Source of the DNA: Mobula hypostoma
Lineage: Eukaryota
Assembly: GCF_963921235.1 (NCBI RefSeq)
Contig: NC_086097.1
Location: 79,424,001-79,488,000 of the forward strand
Length of the DNA: 64,000 nucleotides
Direction: 5' to 3'
In this document: positions 40,316 to 53,419 of the stretch, piece after piece
How positions within the stretch are numbered: the stretch's first letter is position 1
Layout: each line of letters starts with the position of its first letter
The notes under the pieces: generated by a model
What the model was told of the DNA's origin: nothing
Databases searched by the model: none
The model's input: the letters and a program-made list of their open reading frames with translations, nothing else
Translations under genes and position numbers: made by a program

Positions 40316-40699
40316 GTAATGAATTGATCTGTGTGAATGGGATGCATGAGAAGTTTTTCACTGTACCTTGGTACATGTGACAATAATAAACCAATAATTT
40401 AAAAGTGAAATTAGGCAAAAATTAACCAGTGAATTTGTAGATTATAGTTAATTTATGCAAACAAATATTAGACAAACAGAGATAACTATGAAATTAAAAA
40501 AGTAATCTTCCCCTTCTTTCAGTATAAGTTCTTAAAAAAATGATCAGATGTTCCAACATAGCTAACCTGGTCACTAAAGCAAAATGGCATTTGGTTCATG
40601 ATATAAAGGGGAGATGATGAAATTGTAGACACTTCCATGATCATAATGCCTTTAACCTCTTTCGACATTGCAGAATTTGTTCCTTAATAGCAATGCACA

Positions 40700-41646
40700 A
40701 TAAAAAAAACCAACAGATTTATTGAGTGTAAAATTTTTCAAAGCTATTTTCCAAATTGCACCGTGACAATGTAACTACGGCACAAACACAGCAAGAAATA
40801 AGTTTCTTTTAAAAACATTGAGTATCTTCTCAGATAAATTTTAACAATGATCAAGGATTTTTATTAATATTTAATATCATTACAGAAAATGTTATGGTAC
40901 AGTGTTGTTAAATGTCTTTCATCGCTAGGAATTACCACATGATTTGCTGGTACACTATTATCTGTACAATATCAATCTTTGTATTACTGTACACTTTTTT
41001 TTAAATTGGTAAAAAGGCTGTCAGCACTTAAGGAAGCAATTTCTTTGTTCAAATGAAAGTTTTCCAATTCCTGTCCAACTAGGTGGTCAGCTGAGACAGG
41101 TGGCTTCTAGGAAATATCCCCGTCAATGGCACTGGGAGGGTAATACACCAATCCAGTCCATTCTAGCCACTCTGCTTTTGGCACTGAGCACATGAACACA
41201 AGATACAAGATAAAGAACAAGCAAAGCTCTTTGTGAAGCAATTATGTTGCGTACTAATAAGGATAATAGCTGTGTTTATCTAAGCTGGTATAAAGTAAGC
41301 AGACAGCCTTGCTAGTAGCATAAGTATCTGTATCTGAAGATGAGAAAACACAAGTTTAGCAGGCACCTACCGCTGTCTATCAAAAGCTACTGCTATTAGA
41401 CCTGGCATTAAACACACAAAGCAACTGTAATGAAAGAGAAACTTTGCCCTGGGTATGATACAGAATGGATTCAATGGATTTCTTTCTCTCTCGTGTTTCA
41501 TTTACTTTATCTGATTCCTTTTTGAAATTATTTCAAAATCAACATTGGTCAATTTTATCCAAATCATTAAAAACTAATGGTGCCATTCCATTACAGGATA
41601 CAGTCAATGATATGTAGACATGCACCAACCCTCCTCTTGTCTGACA
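40700..41646 (-). other. GPHN: Probable GPHN 3' UTR
   Basis: No recognisable repeats; AT-rich sequence between the stop codon and minus-strand AATAAA hexamers at 40865-40860 and 40723-40718. Confidence 0.7.
40718..40865 (-). terminator. Two candidate polyadenylation signals (AATAAA at 40865-40860 and 40723-40718)
   Basis: Several TGTA motifs lie upstream of the first; a U/GU-rich tract (tctgttggtttttttt) lies downstream of the second. Confidence 0.6.
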
Positions 41647-41823
<177 letters not shown>

Positions 41824-43856
41824 TCATTGCAGATGGCACAAAGCTGAGTCAAAACAGAAAATAGAATGTGAATTAATGTTCCAGGTTAACACCCATTCAC
41901 CTTTATTGGCAGTGGAGGAATGACAAAGAAAATTTTGTCTTTGACTTCCCAAACCTCCCATGCAGGTGCCTTGCTGAGCACCCCCTGATCCTATGTACCT
42001 AGAGGTCTCACATTGATCTCATCAATCACCTCACAGAGAGGAGAAGTGGAAGCAGATTATCTTTGCTCCTGGGAGAGAGCTAGGAAGCTATCACCTCCTC
42101 AATAATGGATTCCAGAATTTTTCAGACAATTTATGGCAGCAAGCAGGGTTTCATTTTCAATTTACTAGAAACTTTAGAGAATCTGGGGAAAATTAGAGAA
42201 TGCTTTCCCCTCAGTTGTAGGTGGTATCAGAATCTCAGCTGGTTACTACAACTGAATGATGTTCTTATCTCAACACTAGTATTTTTTCCTTGCAGTACCT
42301 CAGAAGTTTGATGTTTTAAATGAAAAAGGGGTAAAGATAAAACTGTGATGATGGGTGAGGGAAAGAAAAGGGGCATCAAGACATCTTGTGAATCAGAAGA
42401 GATAGTGGATGAATGGGAGGTAAGATATCGGAGACCATCATATATCATACCATCATGGTCTCAATTCTGTCACTGGCCATGGTCTCAGCAAAGGACACCT
42501 GAACAATGGGCAGTACAATCTATTCCACGGGGCTAGCATACAAAGATGCACATGTCTGCTATGGTTAGCTTCTGCCTCACATAACTTTAACTTTGAGTAA
42601 CTTATCACACAATTGAGAGAGAAATGTGTACCTCTCTATTATGTAAGGTGAGGGTCTTGGTGGAACAGCTGACAGTGCATGCAGCGTGGGATGCACGTGC
42701 AGCATTGCTAAATGTGTAAGAGTATAGTGAGGATGTTCATCAACTGTGGCTGAGGCCAGTGGTGCAGTTGCTAAGATGTGGTACTTAAAATTTATTCAAT
42801 GATTTAATGATATTAAACTTCGAACAGTACTCTTCATGGTTTTAGGAGTTTGACTCTTGGTAAGAAGCTCCGAGATTATTCATTTCCATTGCCTGTTGAG
42901 TGCTTGCTTACAGGGCCTGCTGACTCACTGTAGACACTGGACTTCTCTCCTACCTCACACTTCCTTTAACAAGGCTTTCAAGGCAACAGCTAAAATCAAC
43001 AGAGCCACTCTATCTGAGTACATGTAATTCTTCAACGTTTCTCAGGTCAACTTCAGTTTTTAATGAAGATTGTTTTACACAGGTAAAACACAATAAATAC
43101 TTTAATGTCTTTGTAAAGTTTAATAACATTAAAACGAATGTTTGCACGTTTGCCTCTAAATTTCTCTTCAATGATTGCCAAACAATCATTTGACAATTAC
43201 AGGACAAGATAAAGAAAAGTAGTTACTTCTTTGGCTCCATGTTATGGCATAGAACTTACAATGAATGGAAGCGTACATTATGTTTTTCATATAACAGTTG
43301 GCGAATTGTACTGCCCATATTGTATCATCAAATTATATGTAATTCAATGAAAATTCAGAACTATATCAACTCTCAGTCCTAGACTTGCTCACCAAATAAA
43401 TAAGCCAGGCGATTATTAACACTGCATAATATTATTATTGTTCAGAAAATAAACTGATAGATTGTCACTGGCAAAGATTCTTCCCAATATACTTCAAAGA
43501 ACTACACAAGCCTATGCCTATAAATAATAGACAGAAGATTGTACACTATTTGACTTCAGCAGCATCATTGTGCACACTGGAGAATTGATATATCTGGCCA
43601 TCCTGCCTTTGGATATGTGGATTGTGTCCAGAAATGAAGACACACAAGGAAATTTTTTTTGCTAATTAGAGCATTCTCCAAGTGTGGCAAAAAAAACAGT
43701 ACAATTATTATATTTCCCAAGTTGGTAAATAACTGTACAATATATTGTACAAAACTATATACATCTGTTATACTATTTTAGTGAAACCCTTATCACATGA
43801 TATATTGTTATTTTCAAATACAAGTTACTATTCAATAATTGTTTCAAACATCTTAC

Positions 43857-43953
43857 CTGTACTCTGTGCCCATGGCAATGGTTCCTGGTGGTGCCAAGTC
43901 AGAATACAGCGGTGGTATTCGGGTCGTGGATCCAGCTTCACATCACAGGACAA
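43857..43953 (-). CDS. GPHN: Gephyrin coding exon (97 nt): [32 protein letters not shown](G)
   Basis: Acceptor ttctacag|TTG, donor ACAG|gtaaga; lies within ORF 43828..44019. Confidence 0.97.
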
Positions 43954-44869
43954 CTGTAGAATGATAGAATTAAAAGGAAATTGATTGTTAACTTTCCCAC
44001 ATAAAACAGATGAATACAATCAGTAATGTATTCTATATATCTTTCTAAATGAAAATCATGTATGGCCCCAGGAAGGGTGTTAAAATATCAAATACACACA
44101 TCATATTGCATAATTTGCAATCTTTAAAACACAGAGGAAGAACTTCCACATCAAATAGGATGAAGTGTATAAAAATGCACAAAAGTTGATATTGTTTTCA
44201 AAAGTTGACATTGCAAATTAGACTCTCCATGTCATTCTATGATTAAGATAAAAAGGGGTTTTGAACTGTCTTGCTGATTATTACTCAAGATCACTTGTGT
44301 TGGCTTTGATGAAAGATCAGTGAGTGGTCTAGGAGAAGTAGTCAATGTTTCAGTCCTAATATAGAATTTTGACCCAAAATGTTGACAATTTCTTTCTCCC
44401 TACAGATGCTGTTCAACCTCCTGAGTTTGTCCAGCAGATTATTTGCTGATGAAAACAAGGCAACAGAGGACCATGAAAGACCTAGCGTTACAGCAAGTTA
44501 GAATGATAAGGCCACAGGGAAGAGTAAGTCTAAGGGTAAGAAATTTAAATGTGAGATAATGAAGCATTAGTAGTTAATGCAGGGTTAAAAATCAATTAAG
44601 GCAATGTACTGGACAAAGGCAACACTACAGCTCAGATCTGGCCTGCAGAGCTTCTATGTACTCTCAGTGGACTGGGTGGGGGTGGGGAATAGGGTTATGA
44701 GCAGAGGTGGATTTCAAGCAGCCAATAGGTAAAATGGAATATGAAAATGACCAAGATATTAAATGTAAATTTAAATAGCAAATAAAGTAGTGATGTCATA
44801 AAATACAATCAGGTAGTCTTCCTACAGTAGTATATGTACATTTGGTTGGAATCTCTATTGGAAATGGAC

Positions 44870-45927
44870 TTGGAATTAGTTTATTAGTGTCACATGTATT
44901 GAGATACAGGGCAAGTCCATCTTGTGTTCTGTTCATACAGATCCAATCATTACACAGTGTGTTGAGGTAGAACAAGGAAAAACAATAACATATTGCAGAA
45001 TAAAGTGTAGCAGCTAAGAGAAAGGGCAGTGCAAGTAAACAACAGATCATAACAAGGAAGATTGCGAGGTCAAGAGTCCATCACACTAAGGAACAATTTA
45101 ATAGTCTTGTAACAATGGGGTAGAAGCTGTCTTTGAGCCTGGAGGTACATGTTTTCAGGCTTTTGTATCTCCTGCCTGTTCAAAGAGGGAGAGGGGGTAG
45201 AGAAAATGCCCAGGGTAGGTACAGTCTTTGATAAAGCTGGGTACTTTACTGAGGCAATGACAAGTTTAGGCAGAATCTATAAAGAGGAGGCCGGTTTCCG
45301 TGATGTGCTGAACTGCGTCCACAACTCTCTACAGTTTCTTGTGGTCATGGGCAGAGCAGTGGTTATACCAAGCAGTGATGCCTCCAGATAGGATGTGTTA
45401 TATGGTGGATTGATGGGGATATGCCAAATTTCTTTGGCCTCCTGAGGAAGTAGATGCATTGGTGACTTTCCTTGGCCATGGTGTCAACATGGTTGGACCA
45501 GGACAAACTATTGGTGATGTTCAGTCCTCGATACTTAAAGTTTTCCACTCTCTCAACCTCAGTACTGCTGATGTAGACAGGGCACCATGTGCACTGTTCC
45601 CCTTGTTGAAATCAATTGCCAGCTATTTTATTTTGATGGGGATTGTGGAAAAGGTTGTTGTCGTGATATCTTATTACTAAGTTTTTGATTGCTTTTCTGT
45701 ACTCCAGCTCATCATTATTTGAGCCATCCCTACAGTGGTATCATCTGCAAAGTTGTAGATGGGAATTGGAGCACAATCTGGCCACGTAGTGATGAATGTA
45801 CAGGGAGTAGAGCTGAAGACGTGACCTGTGGAGCACCAGTGCTTAGAATAATTGTGGAGGAGGTATTGCTGCCTATCCTCACTGATTGTAGTCTGTTGGT
45901 CAGGGAGTTAAGGATACAGTTGCAGAG
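44870..45927 (-). mobile_element. Degenerate Rex1-like element in a GPHN intron
   Basis: ORF 45730..45948 (LCNCILN.LTNR.QSVRIGS..S.TIILSTGAPQ); ORF 45363..45548 (FKY.G.NITNSLSWSNH....K...Q.IYFLRR). Confidence 0.8.
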
Positions 45928-46933
45928 GTTTGAGAATAAGTGGAGCATCTGCCTTTACAACAAATCTGATTCAATCAGATTTGGTGGTAATGGGAAGACG
46001 GAATTTTTGCTGAATATAGGGACTCTTGGCATAGGACAAAGATACTGTAATAGCTTTGGCCATCCAATAATCAATAGAGTTTGCAGCTTATTTAATATTG
46101 ACTATATTGAGACAATGAAAGCATTAGGGAAGTTGATAGATTAATGCTACTGTAACATTATTGGCATGGGGTAACCTGCAGGGAACCTTTGGTAAATCCT
46201 TCTGTGATATTATCAGAGCAAAAACAGAAACAACTCCGAGATATTTTGGCTTAGGTTGGATGAGTAAATGTTATTTAAAGCTCAATCTTGTAAAGCTAAA
46301 TACGAAGCAAAGATAAGAGTGAGTTATCAGTCACTTGTGACCTTGGATTCACAGAGGATGGTAAAGGATAGAACATCATGTTTATGAACAGAAAGTATGC
46401 TTTATGGATTTGTTTAGGAAGGAGTCAGCACGTCAGCTTGGAAATCATTCACAAAAATCAGGAAAGAAAGTTGGGAGTTAGTGGGAATAGGGTTTGAGGC
46501 ATAGAAAGTTGATCACATGGGCAAAGCATGAAAGATAACTGGGAAGAAGCTATAAAGGGATGAGAGTTCAGGACTGGCTTGTTTGGGATACAGGAAAGGT
46601 TTGGATTAAAGTGGACAAGGATTTGAGAACAGCAGCAGAGGCAGTCACGTTGACAGTCAGATTGTCTCAGCTCAACCATACATCTGTTCAATAATGGAAG
46701 ACTGACAGTGCAAGTGTAACTTCTTCCAGGTTCTGTCCAATGCTTTCTAAAGATGGAATAAATGAAGGGAAAAACTGATATTAGATGCATTTGGATTAAA
46801 GTATTGACGTAGACTGTTGAACAGTGCTTAATAATATTGGAGTATCCTAATAATAGCTGGAAGAACTCCTATCATTTTATTATAAGAATGTATTTTGCCT
46901 CATAAATTTTAAAAAACAATCAAAAGATTCTGT

Positions 46934-47383
46934 AAGCACGAGGAATTCTGCAGATGCTGGAAATTCAAGCAACACACATCAAAGTTGCTGGTGAACGTAG
47001 CAGGCCAGGCAGCATCTCTAGGAAGAGGTACAGTCGACGTTTCGGGCCGAGACCCTTTGTCAGGACTAACTGAAGAAAGAGCTAGTCAGAGATTTGAAAG
47101 TGGGAGGGAGAGGGATGGAGACAAGAGCTGGACAGGTGATTGGCAAAAGAGATATGAGAGGATCATGGGACAGGAGGCCCAGGGAGAAAGAAAAGGGGGA
47201 GGGGGAGAACCCAGAGGATGGGCAAGGGGTGAGAGGGACAGAGGGAGAAAAAGGAGAGAGAGAGAAAGAATGTGTGTATATAAATAAATAATGGATGGGG
47301 TACGAGGGGGACTCCTGATGAAGGGTCTCGGCCCGAAACGTTGACTGTACCTCTTCTTAGATTTGCTGCCTGGCCTGCTGCAT
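46934..47383 (-). mobile_element. Penelope terminal fragment with an inverted partial repeat and a 14-bp TSD
   Basis: TCAAAAGATTCTGT at 46920-46933 and 47384-47397; inverted arms at about 46997-47065 and 47313-47381, each holding a hammerhead-like core. Confidence 0.85.
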
Positions 47384-48247
47384 TCAAAAGATTCTGTGTT
47401 CGGTATGCATGTTTCATCTCAATGCAAATTCAGTAATATCAAGGGGTCCATGAGAGAATTATAGCCAGTTTAGGAACCAATGTATTTATGTCTCAGTTGT
47501 TATAATATCTAGGTTAGATTTAAAACTGAAAAACTTCGATTATTTTCAATATTAATGTCACTTCCTAACTCATGAAATTGAGTATGTCATAACATGGAAT
47601 CAGCTGCTGCACTCACACTTGACACGATCAAATGGCAATGATTCTAGAACAGAAAGTCTTTAAATAAATTATCTGACTCTGCTGATTAGGTATATGTAAC
47701 CATACTTCACGTAAACCTTTGGTATCCTATGCCTGAATATGATTTAACAGATTGTAATGGGCATGATCCTGCTGCAAATGTCAATATATTTAGCTTGCTT
47801 TTACTTCCTCTCAATATTTATAAAATCCAGCCAAAACCTGTAAAGAACAAGCTAGTTAGAGAATTAGACAGAGGGAAAATGCTGTGCCAAGTCTGCGGTC
47901 ATGATTAGTTGGCTGAATCAAAGGCATCAGCTGGACAGTGACTTAGTCATTTCAGAACAATAGGACCATTCACACACCTCAAAAGCAACATTTTTGAGGG
48001 AGGGTCTGTAATCAACAAAGACTGTGTGATCAATCCAGTTTACATAAGTCTCAGGACAGTAGCTAGGTCATTTCAAGAGCCAGAAAATAAAAAGTGGGAA
48101 GTGAGAAGTACAGCATGAGATACCACAGTGCAATGATCATGTCTGGCAAAGGTGATACAGATAGAAAAACTGAAATTACACACGGTCTGGAGAAAAGTTC
48201 AAGTTCAAGTTTATTGTCATCTGACTCTGTGTGTGTGTGTATCTAAT

Positions 48248-48378
48248 CACAAACAAGAGAAAATCTGCAGATGCTGGAAATCCAAGCAACACACACAAAA
48301 TGCTGGAGGATCTCAGTAGGCCACGCAGCATCCATGGAAAAGAGTACAGTCGATGTATTGGGCTGAGACACTTCAGCT
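48248..48378 (-). mobile_element. Short Penelope pseudo-LTR terminus
   Basis: Same terminal sequence (AAACAAGAGAAAATCTGCAGATGCTGGAAATCCAAGCAACACAC) as the 15500-15575 region (inverted) and 46934-47040. Confidence 0.75.
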
Positions 48379-48924
48379 CAGTATCTACAAGACTTTTGCA
48401 ATTTACAGAAAAGTTGAATGGACTATGCAAACACAGACTGTGTGGGATGCTTTAAGGGAGAATCACATTGCAGTATAGAAGCAGTTCAAAAGCTCTGACA
48501 ATTCTTTGAGAGACTGTTACAAGCATAATTTTACTAATGTAAGCACAGTATTGTGTAACCAGAGAGCACCAAGACAGTCAAGTCAACTGAAAGCCTAGCA
48601 TTTGATCCAGAAAGGAAAGATCAGAGATGATTGTTTTGTGACTTTAAAAGTGATAGTGAGAAGAGGGGTTTCTACACTGAGTCAGGATGTAAAGTGATGT
48701 GAAAGAGGAGGCATAAAAATGGAGTAACTAAAAAGCAACCATAGAAGAAGTGTTAAAGCTATATTCATGTTTTCCTGTAATATGCTAATACATCGCGAAA
48801 TTTAACATACTGCAGCTACTTATAAGGCTTATTAACACTTATTAAGTTTATTGCGGACAGTTTAGTGCTTATAGGTGATACATAGAAATTTTAAAAAAAC
48901 TATGCAAATTTATGAAGATTATTA

Positions 48925-50490
48925 TAGAGTCATAGAGCATTATAGCATAGAAACAGGTCTTTTGGCTGGTTAGTCAGGGCTGAACTGTATTCTGGCTAAC
49001 CTATTGACCCACATCTGGACCACAGCCCTCCATATCCTTCCTGTCCACTTACTTATCCAAATTTCTCTAAATGTTGAAATGGAACCCGCAACCACCAGTT
49101 CTACCGGCAGCTCGTTCCACACTCAATCCACCTACTGAGTGAAGAAGCTCCCCCTCAGGTTCCACTTAAATATTTCACCTTTCACCCTTATAACCTCTAA
49201 TTCTAGTCTCATCCAACCTCAGTGGAAAAAGACTGCTTGCGCTTACAGTATTTTATCGATAACCCTCATAATTTTATATACCTCGATCAGGGAGGGTGAG
49301 GAAACGTCAACTCAGACCATGAGAGGCCTGCATTGGGCATTTTCATGCCTTACAAGGCGCAGGTTGGAAGTTTGTGTGGGGCGCCACTCCTCGCACAGAC
49401 ACTCGAGCAATGTGTGATTAAGTGCCTTGCTCAAGGGCACAAACACGCTGCCACAGCTGAGGCTCGAACTAGCTACCTTGAGATCACTAGATGAATGTCT
49501 TAACCACTTGGCCACGTGCCCAACACCAATACCTCGATCAAATCTCCCCTTATTCTCCTAAACTCAAGGGACTCAAGTCCTGGCAACATCCTTGTAAATT
49601 TTCTCTGCACTCTTAATTTAATTGATATCTTACCTGGGGTAGGGGGCCGGAACTACGCACAATACTCCAAATTAGGCCTCACCAATGTTTTTTATACTTC
49701 AGTATAACATCACAATTCCTGTTCTTAATACTTTGATTTATGAAGACCAACGTGCCATAAGCTCGCTTTACGACCTTATCTACCTGTGCCACCACTTTCA
49801 AGGAATTATGGATCTGTATTCCTAGATTTCTCAATTCGACCACACTCCACAATGTTCTACCATTCACTGTGCAAGTCCTACCCTGTTTGTCCTCTTAAAG
49901 TACAATACCTCACATTTGCCTGCATTACATTCTATCTGCCATTTTTCAGCCCATTTCCCAGCTGGTCCAGATCCTGCTGCGAGCTTTGATAGTCCTCCTC
50001 GTTGGATAGCTGTCCACTATTCCCCAATCTTGGTGTCATCTGCAAATTTGCAGATCCAGTTTACCACATTATCATCTGGATCATTGACGTAGATGACAAA
50101 AAACAATGGATCCAATACCAATCTCTGTGGCGCCAGTCAGACAGGCAATCTTTACTACCACTCTCTGGCTTCTCCCGCGAAACCAATGTCAAATCCAATT
50201 TACCCACCTCGTCCTGATTGTTTAGTGACTGAATCTTCTTGACTAGCCTCTCACGTGGACTTTGTCAAAGGCTTTGCTAAAGTCCATATAAATAACATCC
50301 ATGGCTTTTCCTTCATCGACTTTCCTGGCTACCTCCTTGAAACCCTCTAGAAGATTGGTTAGTCATGAAAGCCAAGCTGACTTTTCTAATCAGGACCTGT
50401 CTATCCAAATAACTAGATAGCCATCCTTTAGGATACCTTCCAATAATTTACCCACTACTGACGTTAGGCTTGCTAGCCTAAAATTTCCAG
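48925..50490 (-). mobile_element. Degenerate CR1 3' half in a GPHN intron
   Basis: ORF 49679..49867 (LGIQIHNSLKV.AQVD.VVKRAYG.L.FI); homologous to the CR1 at 2953-4350. Confidence 0.88.
49290..49528 (-). mobile_element. tRNA-derived SINE with a 12-bp TSD
   Basis: A box TGGCCAAGTGG (49514-49504), B box GTTCGAGCC (49469-49461); TSD ATACCTCGATCA at 49278-49289 and 49529-49540. Confidence 0.88.
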
Positions 50491-50970
50491 AAACCTACAG
50501 AAGCAACAACTACAGAACTGGATATGACTCCAGATATTTATGATGCCCAACGAGAGAAATAATCCATTGGAATTACTAATGTTTTAAGATCTCAGGCACA
50601 GGTTGTACTGAGAAATTTGGTGAAAGAACAGAAAAAAGTAATTAATGACTTTATAACTATTCAAACTGACAACTCTATATGGATGTAAATAGTTAGCCAA
50701 TTGTATAATATCATGTTTGTAAATAGTTAAGGTTTGTAAGCACTTTTTAAAATAAAAGGGTAAGTGTATAAATTAAAGTGTACTTCTAAAAAAAGAGTGT
50801 ACCATGTGGTATGACTTTGATGCTTTCTTGCATCAGATTCTGCGGTTTTGTTGAGAGTTACTCCCTTCAATAAAGTATGTTCTGTTGCTAGCTCTACCGC
50901 CATTCGTTTACATAAACAGCAAAAATTACTATATATATTAATAATTGATAATATTTTAAAGGAATTTTTA

Positions 50971-51291
<321 letters not shown>

Positions 51292-53383
51292 TTAATAACA
51301 ATTAACTGTGGCATGCAATGTGAATAATTCCTGGAACCAAGCAGGCAATTGCTCCAACTCCAAAATTCAATTAAATGCACACTTGGAGGGCGAATCATTC
51401 TGTGTTCTTTGCTTCCTTGAATTTTCTTATGGGCAACTGAGTTACTGTGGTGATCGCAAAAGAAGCATTCACTACTTGAGCCAACTCTATAAATGATTTG
51501 TTATTCATTGCAGGCAAAAAGAAGAACAACAGTACGCTAAGATGATTCCACTCCAAACTGCATGACATGATTTCCAAATTTATTTTTATTTGCTAATAAT
51601 GAAAAAGATTAGTTCAAAAAATTTAACTGCAGAACTGCATGGGTTGGAACTTAACTGTGGCAGATTTGGAGTTAATTCAAGAGTTGTTGCTTGGATCCAA
51701 ATAAAACCTCAATTGGGGTTAAAACTGCCTCCATAATTTCTGGGGTTTTTTTTGCAGCTCATTGAAGTGGATTAAAAAAAAAGTAAGACAATGAGGTTGG
51801 ATGAATGTATGATAGAGTATTCAATGTACCTGTCAATTGCAAGACACGTCCTTACAAATCTGTTGCCTTGCAACAGCTCTTTGTTATGTTAACTAGTTAC
51901 ACAAATTAGATATAATTAATGCAGCTAGAAGAAATTCTTGGGCTTCACACTAACAATAGAATGCCACAAGCTTGCTTTCCACAAATATGAAAGACCTATT
52001 ACTGTGAAATCATCACAGTGGGAAGTGAGTTATGAAGAGTATTTTTTTGCAAATAAAATTGGACTAATTTGCCTTTATTGTCCAAATTATTATTCAAGCT
52101 TCACTACCCACACTGAAGTTCACAACATCAAAAAAAGCATTCAATATACAACACAGGTCATTATATGCTAAACATAATACTGTGTTTGGATTCTCATACA
52201 TGCACGTTTCAGAATTGCTATTTAGCTAACATAATGATTTAACTATTCAACCAAATGAGATGGATATATTCAGGCTACAATTGGCCAACTGCATGTTAGT
52301 GCAGAACAAAACATTATATCAATACTCATTTAATCTTCTAGTAAATCTTATGATTCCAGTGGTTGAGATCATTGATGTAAATAGAAATTCATAAAACAAT
52401 GTGTTACAATTATCAAGCAATTTACAGACAGACACAATTCAAGGAGAAGTGCATCCCGAGTTGAGTAATTGCTGAATTGTTAATACTGGTAATTCCAATT
52501 TCAATTTACTTGCTGAATAAAATTAGTAATTCATATAACTATCATTAAAAAGCCACACTTACTGCTCTCTTTGATTCTTGAATTATTTCACAAAGCACTA
52601 AACACTACATGTTCACTTGAAAGATTTCTTCACACAACAATTGCTTTTTTTTGTTATAAAATCCACTTCGTCTCCAAGCAGAGTAAGACAGTTTGAACAA
52701 TAAATGGACTATCCAATATTACCAAGTGCCATGAGTACAATGAGTATGATTTTTAGAATATTTACAATTTCATTTTTAAAATTTTTGATGTGATATCTCC
52801 AATTCTTTGAAACCTACTGTTTCTCCCTTCAAAATGTTGTCTTCTTCTCTTTTCTCAATTAATATGTTGATTTACTGTTTAGTAGGCTGACTTAATAGCT
52901 TAAAGGTGACAGAAATATAAATCACAAATCTTGTAAGCTGCCTCTGAATTTAAGAGGTGGCTTTGAGCACTGGCATCCAATTTGTTCTCAAGATATCAGT
53001 ATAAAAGTAAAATTTGTGATGGAATTAGAGCGTCTACTTTCATAGCTCATTAAAAAACCTAATTTGTGACCAATGTGTCCAGACCTTGGGAAGCTCAATG
53101 ACCATGAGAAGGCAGCTCCATAAAACATGTGCCATATGACTCCATGGCGCTGTAATTCGCTTCTTCTCCATAACTATTATGATCTTTGTCTCTGTTATCA
53201 TAGGTCTATAACCAACCATAGTAGATAGGAGGGTAACAACATTCTGCTGTTAATGAATTTTTACTTCATCTCTCTGGAAATGCTCCTCAGTGATAGATTA
53301 GGTGAAGATTAATACTTCCTTCCCAGTATAATAAACATTAACTGCCTCATGGCATCATGAATTGAAGAACCAGGTAGATAGAC

Positions 53384-53419
53384 CTTCTGCTTTGTTTAAC
53401 TTAAAATCATATAATTCAT
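53384..53419 (-). CDS. Candidate alternative GPHN cassette exon, 36 nt (adds DELYDFKLNKAE)
   Basis: Strong acceptor tttcctttcctcttgcag|; weak donor GAAG|gtctat; phase 1/1, no stop codon. Confidence 0.33.

Noticed and set aside
47790..47850. Strong acceptor ttgttctttacag|G in a GPHN intron (would add VLAGFYKY*)
   Set aside because: In-frame stop after 8 codons and no convincing donor; isolated acceptors arise commonly by chance.
49450..49521. tRNA gene
   Set aside because: A and B boxes are present, but it is the head of a SINE with a body and 12-bp TSD, and no full cloverleaf is evident.
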